A stretch of 64,000 nt of DNA, from NCBI GenBank assembly GCA_043228905.1, contig JBHGNT010000006.1:6014001-6078000 (forward strand). The letters run 5' to 3'. The notes under the pieces are model-generated. The model had not been told where the DNA came from, searched no databases, and worked only from the letters and a program-made list of their open reading frames with translations. The stretch comes from Azolla caroliniana (Eukaryota; Plantae; Polypodiophyta). Within the stretch, counting starts at the first letter, position 1; every line of letters starts with the position of its first letter. Positions 41,357 through 53,615 of the stretch are shown here, piece by piece. Position numbers and translations under genes: made by a program.

Positions 41357-43954
41357 AAACTTGGAGCGATACATGTTCTTATAGGACTATTTGAGGCTAA
41401 AGAGTCTTTGTAGGAGTCCACATATGGGGAGAAAACATAACATCGAGCTCAAGCACGCCCACTTAGTGCAAGAGTTTTTCTCTACCAGTAGATTGGGTCC
41501 ACATGGTATCAATTGTTTGGCTTTTTATTTTCTTATCTAGTTAGGTGATGGATAGATTGCCCCTAAAGAGATCGATTATGGTTTTGGGCCTCCTTCATTT
41601 GGAAAGGTGAGAGGCCTATATAGGGTTTCAAACAATTGCCTTCTTTCTACTTATGGATTAATGCATCCTATAAGAAAGATGCTACATATGTATATGCATA
41701 ATACAATGATGTTATTTTTTTAAATATTAATGACTTACACTTTTACCTCACATAGTGAGGGCAAGTTATTTGAGACTACCATGCAAGGACACTTAAATGT
41801 GAACATATTTCTTATTATAAGCAAAGACGTCACAATAAAATTTCCATTTGTTTTTAATTTGAAAGGACACAATGAATCAAACATATATCTTTTGTTATTT
41901 GGTTAACATACATCCTCAAGTTCTAGCAAAAATAAGCACAAATTGTTAATCCATTACTTAGATTCAAAGCTCTACAAATCATGAAAGCTCCAATAAACCA
42001 CCAAAGTCAATGGCAATGCAATGTCCTAGGCATAAATGCATCGCCATCAATTTTGAAGCCTCTTGATTCCATCTATTGTAATCTCATATGTTTTAGATCA
42101 TGATTTCAACAATATTTCTTATTCCCACCTTGCCTTTATTAGTTGCACCTTTTGCCATTGACTAATGAGGGAGCAAGGAAAGTAGGAAACTACCTCAACC
42201 TTGTGGTCCTTCATACTTTGATCTTCTACAAGACATGACAAGAAATCTCTTTATAAACACATGCTCGTGCATGCGACTAGGTATCATTGTTGGTTGGGAC
42301 TCATGCATAGTATATGCACATTACTCACCAAACAATCACACATGTAGTACGTCAGCAACGCTTCACCATGCCTTGGTTGCGCCATTGTTCAATGTTCTTT
42401 TGGGAGATTCCCAATAGTTCCAACTAATCCCATTCTATTGGCACTTGTCCTCTCCCTAGTTGATGTTAATGTATCATCATCGTCATTTGTACCAAATCAC
42501 CAAATGATTGTTAACTGATACTTGCCATTCTAGATTCTTGTGCTTGGTTTACATGAATAAAAATGTAACCTCTTGTAAATGCCTATCCAAAAAGGCCAAG
42601 TGGCTATCTACAATGCATTTTAAGCAATTAAAGTCCATTGGACTACGTATGCATGCAAATTGGGTGGAGTGCAAAATTCCATGAATCTTTGCACTTGCTT
42701 TTGCGTGATACACAATAAAGATGAAAAAGGAGTGCAACAACAAGATTCACACGAAGTATATGCAAAGAAAGGAAATATCTCGAAATTAAAGTACTACCAT
42801 CGCTAGCCTATGGATATGATTTTAGCTTGACATCATAGAGTTATGCGTTGGCTTCCATACAAAATATTGAAACAAGATTTGTATACATTAAAAGATAAAA
42901 AGAGGTTCAAACTTCCAGAAGATCCATCCGAAGGTTTTGCTTGGTATACCCACCCATCAACATAAACCGAAGGTGAAGGCGCAAGATTTTGGAGATGGTC
43001 GGATTCGTAGTTGCATTTGTGTCCAAACCACAAGAAATAAGACAAAAAAAAGATGTGGAGGAGAGCCAATGTTTAAACAGGAAATGAGATGTGTGACAAA
43101 GGATTTGTTCGGAGCTCTACCCCACGAAGTTTTCAAAAGTTATGACGAATACCTTTAGGCATACACAAGAGTATCGATTTGGTGATCAATTTTATGTCCA
43201 TAATAGCCATGTTTGGATGTACTTGTAAAAGCTTTATACATATTGCCGAGGGGTATAACGTGTAATTAATTGAAAATTGGGGGGTATTATTTGTGAAGTC
43301 ATGAAACTTATAGAGGCGTCTGTGGCTGTTTTTGTCTTAGAAATAGCAAAATCGAAGAACAGAAAGATAAAGAGTGTCAGATTATAGATATATATTGTTT
43401 CCTTATAAGTTATAATCAATCGTTTGTGTAGATTATTAGGGTTTCCTCATCTGTTACGATTCACGAAACAAACGATTTCCTTTCTCAACAGATTTGTGTT
43501 TAAAGTTCTCATAGAAAGAGATGGATTTTTGCAGGGATTCGATGTCTTTCATGTGAAGAAAGGTCAGGCAAAGTATTTCGGGCTTCTGAGGTTTTTTTTT
43601 TCATATAAAGAGAGATCATCAAAAGATTAGGTTTCTGGTCACTTTTTTTGCGTGCAAAGAAAGACAAGGCAAAAAATTATGTTTTTTTCATATAAGAAGA
43701 AAGAGAGAACAGGTAAGGCAAAAATATCGAGTTTTGATTCTAGTTGTGAACTGTAAAGAAAGGTAAGGAGAAGTTTTAGATTTCTGAGACTTTTCTTCAT
43801 CTAGGAAGAGATATAAATATGTATAAGAGAACTTTCTCGTATAGAGAAAGATCAGGCAGATTTTAGGTTTCTCAGATGTTTTTCATGTAAGAAAAATTAC
43901 AAAAGAGAAATTTGGGGTTCTAATTTTGTGTTCTAAGAGAGATTGAGAAGTTTC

Positions 43955-45067
43955 ATGTCTCTGCCCAAAGATATACTAGAGAACATTTTTTGCCGCCTTC
44001 TGGTGACTGACATTGCCCGATCCCGAGTTGTATGTGAATCATGGAGATCTTTACTTTCTTCCGAAGATTTCTTGGTTAGATATAAGATTTCCAATGATGA
44101 AAAGTGGGTAGCTGTTTTTGATGAGAATGGTCTAAATAAGGAAAGAATGCTAATCTTGTACAATGCATCTTTAAAGACATGGCATCATGTCTCACTTTGC
44201 TTTCTTCCAAATGAATTCACTTATGCTGTGGCTTCCTCTGGTGGTTTGCTATGTGTTGCTGGACAACCTAATGGGAAAAATGTACTATGCGTTTGCAATC
44301 CCTTCACAAGATGCTATAAAGTACTACCAGAGTTGGATCAGGAACCCTCTATACCAGTTGTAGTCATGATAGAAAGCAAAAAAAGTCACACAGAAAGAGG
44401 AAAAGACCATGAAAAGAAAAGGAGCATGGGTGCCCATTTTCAGATACTTGCTTTGCGAGGAGATGTGGTGGCTCTTTACTCTACAAAACACGGGAATTGG
44501 CAAGCTTTTAACACTGGGTTACCCTATAGGCCGAGGAGCCCGGTGGCATGTGAAGGTATTGTATATGGTTTGCAAAATATGGGTTCTCCATGGAAATCTA
44601 GTTGGAGACTTGTATATGCGAAGCTCAATGAGTTTTGTTGCAAGGAAGTATGGTGTGCTATCAATAGACCTGAGTGGGGTGAAATACTAGATATTTTGCG
44701 GCAACCTCGGCTATTAGAATCAAATAACTCTCTATTGTTAACTGGTGGATTGCGACGAGGAGTGGCTAATTTTTGCTCTACTTTCATTATACTAAAGCTG
44801 GATTTGATCTCCCTTGAGTGGAGTGAAGCTCAGAGGATGCCTTATGCTTTCTATAAGCATTTTGATCCTGGGGCTGATTTTAAGATATTCGGAGGACGAG
44901 GGATGGTTTATTTCTCGAGCAAGAATCCAGGGAATCTTGTTGTGTGTGATCTCTCGGGAAGTGGAGATAGGATATGGAGTTGGGTTGAGGGATGCCCTTC
45001 AAACTATCAAAAGAATGGCCTGTGTAAAGGTTTTCCTCTAAAGCCAAGATTTGATATATTTCCTTAG
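43955..45067 (+). CDS. SKIP15: F-box protein, SKP1-interacting partner 15-like, 370 aa, intronless CDS
   Basis: F-box LPKDILENIFCRL...VCESW. SKIP15-like motifs CNPFTR.YKVLP.L, LPYRPRSPV, GSPWKSSWRL, EWGEILDILRQPRLL, LILKLDL.SLEW-type IILKLDLISLEW, FKIFGG, GLCKGF. First ATG at 43955; an upstream exon cannot be excluded. Confidence 0.88.
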   Translation: MSLPKDILENIFCRLLVTDIARSRVVCESWRSLLSSEDFLVRYKISNDEKWVAVFDENGLNKERMLILYNASLKTWHHVSLCFLPNEFTYAVASSGGLLCVAGQPNGKNVLCVCNPFTRCYKVLPELDQEPSIPVVVMIESKKSHTERGKDHEKKRSMGAHFQILALRGDVVALYSTKHGNWQAFNTGLPYRPRSPVACEGIVYGLQNMGSPWKSSWRLVYAKLNEFCCKEVWCAINRPEWGEILDILRQPRLLESNNSLLLTGGLRRGVANFCSTFIILKLDLISLEWSEAQRMPYAFYKHFDPGADFKIFGGRGMVYFSSKNPGNLVVCDLSGSGDRIWSWVEGCPSNYQKNGLCKGFPLKPRFDIFP

Positions 45068-45427
45068 CATAGATAGCATCTCAACGAAATGCTATTTGGA
45101 CCCTCTCTCTCTCTACACACATATATTGTTCCTACACATTTGAGATGATGGGGTTTTAAGTGCTATGTTGGTTTATATTGTGCGAAGTTTAAGATGATGA
45201 TTTTTCAAGTGCTGTTTTGTCAGTTTTTTGGGTCGAATCCTACTCATTTGCCTGAATTGCTTCATTGCAATACTAATAAGGCTCTGTAAAGATGGAACCT
45301 AGTCCGTTCAAATTCAGTGATTCTTTTTTAGTTCATTGCTAGTTCTGCTGGGTAAAAACATCTCACCCATTTCAATGTATCACAGTCTTAAATTACGAAG
45401 TCACTTCAAAGTCATTATTATAGTGTG

Positions 45428-45790
45428 ATTCTGTACAATCTGTGATCTCATGTGGCTCCAGTCATAATAACTTACTATTGTATCAACCACCAAAGATTGA
45501 ATACAATGTGGCCATTTGGATTTGACCAATAGATCCAAACATTATATGACTCGCTGTGAGTTTCAAGTGTTTCTGTATTATGTCAGTCAATTCTTGTGCC
45601 TCTTATCTGGATTATACTGCATATTATAATTCTGTACAATCTGTGATTTCATGTGGCTTTAGTCTTAATAACTTCCTATTGTATCAACCACCAAAGATTG
45701 AATACAATGTGGCCATTTGGATTCGACCAATAGATCCAAACACTATATGACTCTCTGTGAGTTTCAAGTGTTTCTGTATTATGTCAGTGA
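45428..45790. repeat. ~160-bp direct repeat, period 201 bp
   Basis: TTCTGTACAATCTGTGAT...GAGTTTCAAGTGTTTCTGTATTATGTCAGT occurs twice at high identity. Confidence 0.9.
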
Positions 45791-46445
45791 ATTATAAAGT
45801 GCTTTTTTCACTTCTTAGTTTAGTGCACGAATTAAGTGTATTTGTGCTGCATGATTTTGATAAATCAAAGATAAATTATAATATGTTGTCCATCATGTTT
45901 ATACTTCAAGAAGCCTAGATAATTTGTTTTAGTATACAGTCAGTTTTGAAACGAAATAATTAACTGAGCTAGAAACAATCAGGAAGTAATCAGAATAATT
46001 TTTTTGCTCATAAAATGTTTGTTATTTGTGCACACATATTTCCAGAAAGGGAGTTGCAACATAATATTGATAGAATGCCCGCGATATCATTCCATCATGT
46101 ATGAATGTTTCATAAAGGTGGTTCAACTACTCACCAGCTATGGTCAATCAAATGTGCACTTGATTATTGTAAGAACGAACAATATTATAATAGTTTATTG
46201 ACAACTTCATATGTTTTTCATGACCTTTTTTACAATGAGATGGAAAATGACAGCTTTGCCAATTAAATCATGACTATGTGATGGGATTAAAGGAGATTGG
46301 CTTGAGCACTTCTTTGGTGAACATCTAAAAGTGAATTATAATATGAAAGCATGAATTCAAGTTTGAAAATTTTAGGAGAGGCATAATATAGTAATCTACA
46401 TGATGATGTTCACATAATGTTTGGGTTTGGCTTTAGGTTGACTAT

Positions 46446-46677
46446 AGATTGAGACAATTTTGATGTCAATACATGAAGAGGGTGAAATGTTATGTTTTTC
46501 TTTTGTAGTTTTATATCAATGCTTGATTAAATATGAATATGCTACAATATTTGGGAGAATAAGATTGAGACAATTTTGATGTCAATACATGAAGAGGGTG
46601 AAATGTTATGTTTTTCTTTTGTAGTTTTATATCAATGCTTGATTAAATATGAATATGCTACAATATTTGGGAGAATA
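46446..46677. repeat. Perfect 116-bp tandem duplication
   Basis: 46446-46561 appears identical to 46562-46677. Confidence 0.95.
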
Positions 46678-48455
46678 TCACCCCATTATGTGTTTCTTAA
46701 GTGATTTACTACCAATGCTCAAATCAATATGAATAAGCTACGAGAATCGTGAGTGTATGATTCATGTAGCTTTTCTAAAAGGTGGAACCTCATCGTGGCA
46801 TGACTCGTTGCTTTCATTAACAGAATGGCTTTCTGCTACTGCATAGGAGCACGAAAGCAACGCCCATGTTGGATGGGCTGTTTTCTCATCTCCAATTTAG
46901 ATCAACTAACAGGCACAAGTGCAATATTTTCATTTTGGTGTGACTCTTGGTTGGAGAAGGCTTTCCTCATTTAACTTGCCATTCATGTCAAATGGGTCAC
47001 AAATCCTTGTATAAATTCGCCAACCTTTTTGTTTTTCAATCATAAATGATATGCCTAAATTAAAGGTTGTATTCATGGAGATATTATGACAATAAGATCA
47101 AAATCACCTAACACAATGTATATGAATACATGGAGAAACCTTTTTAGTGCAACATATTCTTCATTGTATGCTTGCCTAAGTTTCTTATGCCATTTAATTT
47201 TGGTTCCTAGTCATGTGCATCAAATGATATCAAGACACATGTTTTCAGTATGTACTTCAACTAACAATAATAATCTCAATAATGCTCATTTCCCCTTGAA
47301 AATACCCCTTAATATATGCTCCTTTTTTTCCAAAAAAAACTCCTTGTTTATTATTGTATTGACGAAATGAATAGAAGCTATACAATCAAACAAAATATTG
47401 TTGGTCTTGGTAGCTGATAGACCTCATATATGCACCTAAGGGATACTAATGGTGTGCCTAAGCTCTGGTCATCGAAGTCATACACTAATTACTCACTTTG
47501 ACAACATGTCCAATATTGGGAATGAGGAGTCACAATTAAAGTTGTACACGGAATTGGGCTCAGCCAACATATTCACATCATCTAACAATTTGGACTAGAA
47601 TAATATGCATAGATGAACTCTTTTGCAAAACTTTTTAATGAAGGTAGCATTGTAACGTTTAGCACCCAACATCTAGGTTGTGAACATTACCCGACAATAT
47701 GGAGTCGGAAAATATTGTAAATGCTTAAAATGTATAAAGGGAACCTTTATACCCTAAGGTCTCGTGAGTTTATAATTAATTGAAATGACAATAGTAGCCT
47801 AATTTCCACTTCATGTAAGTTGTGATTGCAAGTTTGTTATTTGTTTCCATCTTAGAATGTGTCCTTATACATTGAGTGGAGTTGGCGTTCTTCTCCATTT
47901 TCATCCATTGCTACTTAAAAATAACTCAACCATATTTCCATTTGCATGAGATCTCCCATTGTTAGATAAGCAATCAAAGAATAGTGTATGCTTGACTTCT
48001 TAGATTTATAGTGCTTGCAAAGTTTAAATATTGTATTCCAATTGCTTATTAATTCCACCAAGTGATAGACAAACAAATATGATGTTCAAGAAAGATATGC
48101 ATTAAGACCATACACTGTCGTGGGAATGCACTAAAGAGACTAGCCAAAGAAGGAAGATTCATAGAAATAACGTGCCAGAGAATGTGTGGAAACAACATAC
48201 CAAGACATGGTAAAGAGAGATGCAAGAGAGCAATAAGGGCGGACACCAAAGAAGATAAGTCTAGTTTCAAGTGTAGGAGAAACATCAAGAAGTGATGGCA
48301 ACATTGACTCTTCAAATGAGTCTCAAGAACAAAAAGAAATGGTGACATGAAAGAAGTAGGTAAGGTAATGTATTGACCCCAACATTAAAAAGCTAAACAA
48401 TAAAACAAATGGTGAAAGAAGAAGGTAAGGTTGAGCAATTCACATGAGCCAAATG

Positions 48456-48738
48456 AAATGGAGAAGGGGTTGGACGTTCAAACAATAATTTGACTTCTTG
48501 AGGTATTGGGGGCTTATGGCATGCTTGGCGAATGTGTAATGCCTTCAAACTTGAGGTAGAATTTGGGGTACAGAGATATATTAACGAAGTAATTGAAATG
48601 GAGAAGGGGTTGGGTGTTTAATCAGTAATTCGACTTCTCGAGATACTGGGGGGTTATTGCACACTTGGAGAATGTGTAATGCCTTTAGACTTGAGGCACA
48701 ATTTGGGGTACACATATATATTAACCAAGTAATTGAAA
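48456..48738. repeat. ~140-bp diverged tandem duplication upstream of the prohibitin gene
   Basis: AAATGGAGAAGGGGTTGG...GAATGTGTAATGCCTT...ATTTGGGGTACA...AAGTAATTGAAA occurs twice. Confidence 0.85.
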
Positions 48739-49370
48739 GGCACCTTACTTGTTCGGGCAATTTTTGTTCGTTGGAAACTTCCATGATCTTATAACCCAAA
48801 AGGAGCCCAAATATATATGTTAATAAGAAATTTTCGGCCTTTCCGTGTCACGGGATTCTCAAAGTCTATAGGATCTTGACTGAGATCCCAAGGTCATCAA
48901 TCTCGGAGTCATATCTATATCCGTTTTTTTTTTCAACGGTTCGAAACTAATACGTTTGCGTTTACCGGGGATTGAAAGCAGGAGCACGTTGGAGAAGGTT
49001 AGCGAGATTCCGTTTGGGAAGCTCCGCATATAATAGCATGGGCATTACGAAATGTAAGAAATGGCTGTTTTCTAATGTGCTTCGGCTTCGGGGTTATGTG
49101 GCGAGGCTTCTACGAGAATTTTAATGATGGGGTTTAGTTTGTCACTCATGGGGGAGGTTAGGGTCACATTGAGTGAGTGAGGGTTTATGAATGAGGCAGG
49201 AAAGGAAAAATTGAAAGAGGTATTTTTTGGGGGGGTGTTTTACTATGTAATTAGTTTGCTTCTTCTTCCTTCTTCTTTTGCCTCTTTTGGCTTCCTTCCC
49301 AAACAAAGAACAATAATAATCTAGCACTGAATGTGAGAAGAAAAACCCTAGAAAAACCTCTCCCTCCAGG

Positions 49371-49419
<49 letters not shown>

Positions 49420-49467
49420 GTTTTCTTCCTCCGCCTGTTATCTTCTTCTTCTTCTTCTCTTGCGACG

Positions 49468-52400
49468 ATGAGCTTCAGAAACATGCGCGATGCTAAGATC
49501 CCTAACGCTGGGCCTCTCTTCAACGTTGCCAAAGTCGCTGCTGTCGGTGCTTTTGGTCTTTACTTAGCAGCAAACAGCCTATACAACGTGGAAGGAGGCC
49601 ATCGCGCCATCGTCTTTAACAGAATCGAAGGTCTCCGTGACAAGGTTAGCCCTTCCTTTCCATAGTTCCTTCTTCTTCTTCTTCTTTTCCCGCTTCTTAT
49701 GTTAGTTTTCTCTTCTTTAACGTTTTTGTGAAGTGCCTAGTCAGATGTATCGATTAGAGATGGGTAATTCTTTTGAAGTGTTTAGCTATATGTATGTCTT
49801 AAAAATGGTGAGCTTTTGTGAGTGAATTATTAGATATATGTACTACGCGTGGTGAAATTTTGTGAAGTGCTTAGTTAGCTTTATGCTCTAAAGTTGTTGA
49901 TTTTCTGTGGTGTGCATCATTACATGTGCTTATATTGAACACAAAGAACTTGTCAAATGCGTTGTCTGATGTATAATATATTGTTCATTGAAGAAAATCC
50001 GCAGTTTGGAGTACATCCTTGTGAAGTGCATCATGAGACGGATATGTGTTAAGCTTCGTAAGCATTTGAAATCGATATGTTTATATAAGTATATTGAATA
50101 GGGGGAACTTGCGAAATACATATTATGAAGTGCGTAGTTAGATTTGTACTTATGAAACACTGTAATCTTGTCATTTTTGGAGTTATATGTATGCATTTTT
50201 TAGAAACACTAAGCTTGTAAAATGCATTGCTAGATGTATTTATATTCGGAATGCTAAGATTGGGAATTGCATTGTTTGATGTTTGCATAGCTAGACTGCA
50301 GATATACTAGAGGTTGAATTATATATAGTTTAACCACTGGTAACCAATGTTCTTAGAATTATATAATAGGCTAATCAAGATATAATCAATGCTAGAATTT
50401 TATATGGATTATTCACGTGTAGCTAATGTCTAAAGTGGTTTTATATGACCAAAAAATGTTTGTAAAAATAAAATCAGGCTTACATGTGTCATATGATCCA
50501 ACTGAAGCACGTGAAGTGTAATTCCATCTCCTAACAATGCTATTCAACTGGTCGAAAGCTGAAATACAGCAAGATCTTGTTGTTATATTCCACACGGAGG
50601 AAAATGGGACTTTATATATCAAGTGATTTACTTCATAGAAACATTTGAGGACAACCTTTTTAGAACCATATTTTAAAACTTAGACCTTGATTTGTGCTAA
50701 TTATTTCCAATATCTCAGTATTAATATCACACACTCATATGTTGAATCGAGTATTGTAATATATATACATATATATATATATACATATACATATATATAT
50801 ATATATATACATATATATATTTTATGTTTAGAGTGTTTTAAAACATGTATTCTACATTTTAAAACTGCCATTTCAAAATGTTCCACATATTCAACATATT
50901 ATTCAACGTTTTCAACATGGTTAACAAGTATTTTATGTTTCCTTAAATTTTTTCCCCCAAATAAACACTGTTAGATGCAATACAAATATAATAAGTGTTT
51001 TGTGTATTCAATTTATTCTATGTAGTTAATATATTCGACATATTTTATCTTTAGAATATGTATTCTAAGTATTTAAAATTAGTGCCTTACGGCCAACAAG
51101 GAGTGTGGGTCAGTACACCGCTCGAATATGGAGCATGTCCACTCTCGATAGCAATGCCCTCCCCGAAACCATTACTATCATGGATGTAACCAGGACTTCC
51201 CGGGAGGTCACCCATCCCAGTACTGTTCTGGCTCAAGCACGCTTAACTAGCAATTCTTGAAGCATCCAAACAACCACAAAACTCATGGCATGTGAGTTGC
51301 CAAGGTAGGTAGGAATGTGCTACACATTGATCTCCGGCAAGTGGTTGGCGGTCACCCGCAAGTGGGTGGTATACTGACTGCAGACGTCACACCTAGGTCT
51401 GTAGTGTGCTCAACTCTGCCACACGAGTTCAGGTGGTTAGCCCGTAACGCCGTGGGTCCGGCTACAACGCTTAGGTGCGAACATCCATAGAATATTAGGG
51501 TTCTTTTTAGCATTAGTGCCTTACAGCCAACAAGGAGTGCGGGTCAGTACACCGCTCGAATACGGTGCATGCCCACTCTCGATAGCAATGGCCCCCCCTG
51601 AAACCATTACTATCATGGATGTAACCAGGACTTCCCGGGAGGTAGAATGTCTTATCAATACATAGCTTAGGCATTGTATGCCTATTGTATGCTAATTAGT
51701 TTACAGCTTTGAAAGGATTAATAAGATATAATCAGTTATAGAATTCTATATGGATTTATCATTTGATGCTATGGTCTGTAATGATTCAAGACAAATATCA
51801 GACGTATGTTTATATGATTGAAGTGAACTGCATGAAGTGTAATTTGACCACTTAACTGTACCATTTAAGTGGTTGAAAGCAAATAGTTCATTTATGTGCT
51901 CCTAAAAGTTGAAAATTTCTGAAATCTCCATGCTGTTAATACAGCAAGATCTTCTTGTTATATGAAGATAGGGAGGAAAAATGGGACTCTATATGTTCAA
52001 ATGCTTTAGATTTTAATGGGACCTTGTAAATTTGAGAACTACCATTTTAAGAACAATGCGTTAAAACTTAGACATTGATGTGTGTTAATTATTTTCAAGA
52101 TCTCAGTGTTAGTATCTTACACTTTGCTTTAGTTATATTTAATAGCTTACTTTCTTTATTTGTGCAGGTCTACCATGAAGGAACGCATTTCATGATTCCA
52201 TGGTTTGATAGACCAATTATCTACGATGTCCGGGCACGACCTCATGTTGTTGAGAGCACTTCAGGCAGTCGAGATTTGCAGATGGTATCTTCTACTATCA
52301 ATTCATTTGTTCTTTTTGTACGAGTTAGCTTGTAAAAGCATGTGCTATACAGGGTTTTGCTTGATGATTTTTTGTAGTCATTTGTTTGTTATAAATGATG

Positions 52401-53615
52401 AAATTTGTGGAATTGTAAGATGGTATCTTTTACTATCAATGCATTTGTTCTTTTTAGGACTTGAGCTTGTAAAAGCACATGCTATGGAGGGTTTTGCTTC
52501 TTGGTGGTGTTTTGTAATCATATTTATCTTGGGATGATTAGATTTGTTAATGGTAGGCTTGATTTGGCAGGTTAAAATTGGTCTCCGAGTCCTCACAAGG
52601 CCTGTGAGTGACAGGCTACCAACAATTTATAGAACTCTTGGTACAAATTATAATGAGAGGGTCTTACCTTCAATTATTCATGAGACGTTGAAGGCTGTTG
52701 TTGCTCAATATAATGCAAGCCAGTTGATCACCCAGCGTGAGGTGCGTATACATATCTATTTGCACATTTTATTGTAAAGATACAAGACAGACTCTTTCCT
52801 GAGTGATTTTGGAATAGGCTGTGAGTAGGGAGATCAGAAGAATTCTTATGGAGCGTGCTGCGAATTTCAATATTGCTCTTGATGACGTTTCTATCATAAA
52901 TCTTACATTTGGGAAAGAGTTTACTGCTGCCATTGAAGCCAAGCAAGTAGCTGCACAGGAGGCAGAGAGGGCTAAGTTCATTGTTGAGAAGGCAGAGCAA
53001 GACAAAAGGAGTGCTATTGTTCGAGCTCAGGTATGTTTTGAATTCTTCGTCTTCTTTTTTCTCAAGTTAGATGATCAGAGTAGACTTTTACTGTATTGCT
53101 GTAGTTTATAGATATTATTTTGTATTGCCAAATAATATGCTTTGTATTAGACTTTATTTTATTCTGTCGTACTTATTAATGGAGTTTATCTTATTATTTG
53201 TACCTTATAGAGTTTCTTGTATAGTTGTACTACCAAGAATTTATCACATTGTTGTACTCGTTGTCTATCTCTCTTAACAGTGTACTTCATAGACTTGTAT
53301 TGTACTTAATTGTTTATTATGCTTTACTTTATAGAGTTGGTAATTGTTTTTTGAATTTGAATAGAGGTTATTGAACTTTAGAGAGCTTATGTATTGTAGT
53401 ACCTTATGTATGTATACTTTTTGAAACAGGGTGAAGCCAAAAGTGCCCAACTTATTGGAGATGCTATTTCTAATAACCCAGCTTTTATCACTCTTCGTAA
53501 AATTGAAGCAAGCAGAGAAATTGCAAATACCGTTTCTAGCTCTGCCAATCGAATCATGCTCAACTCTGAGGGCTTAATGCTCAATCTAGAAGATTTTGCT
53601 ACAGAAGTAAAGTAA
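49468..53615 (+). CDS. PHB: Mitochondrial prohibitin, type II (plant PHB1/2/6 class), 287 aa, 5 exons
   Basis: Exons 49468-49644, 52168-52284, 52571-52741, 52818-53030, 53430-53615; all introns phase 0 and GT-AG. Motifs [94 protein letters not shown]. Confidence 0.96.
51078..51643 (-). mobile_element. 5S-rRNA-derived element with ~131-bp terminal direct repeats (Cassandra-like/SINE3-like) in PHB intron 1
   Basis: Direct repeats at 51078-51208 and 51512-51643. Minus strand 51248-51182 reads AGTTAAGCGTGCTTGAGCCAGAACAGTACTGGGATGGGTGACCTCCCGGGAAGTCCTGGTTACATCC, the 3' ~70 nt of 5S rRNA with boxes A and C. The block is GC-rich inside an AT-rich intron. Confidence 0.75.
51182..51248 (-). pseudogene. 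Partial 5S rRNA sequence (approx. nt 50-119)
   Basis: Box A AGTTAAGCGTGC and box C GGATGGGTGACC are present. Most of the 5' third is missing, and no oligo-T terminator follows directly. Confidence 0.85.

Noticed and set aside
47400-48000. LINE RT remnant (SQLLDDVN-like, minus strand)
   Set aside because: A single weak motif, too degenerate to support a call.
51182-51248. Functional 5S rRNA gene
   Set aside because: Most of the 5' third is absent, there is no adjacent oligo-T terminator, and it is not in an array of complete genes.
51078-51643. Retrozyme or other known ribozyme
   Set aside because: No CUGANGA...GAAA hammerhead core on either strand; twister, hairpin and HDV cores are also not matched.
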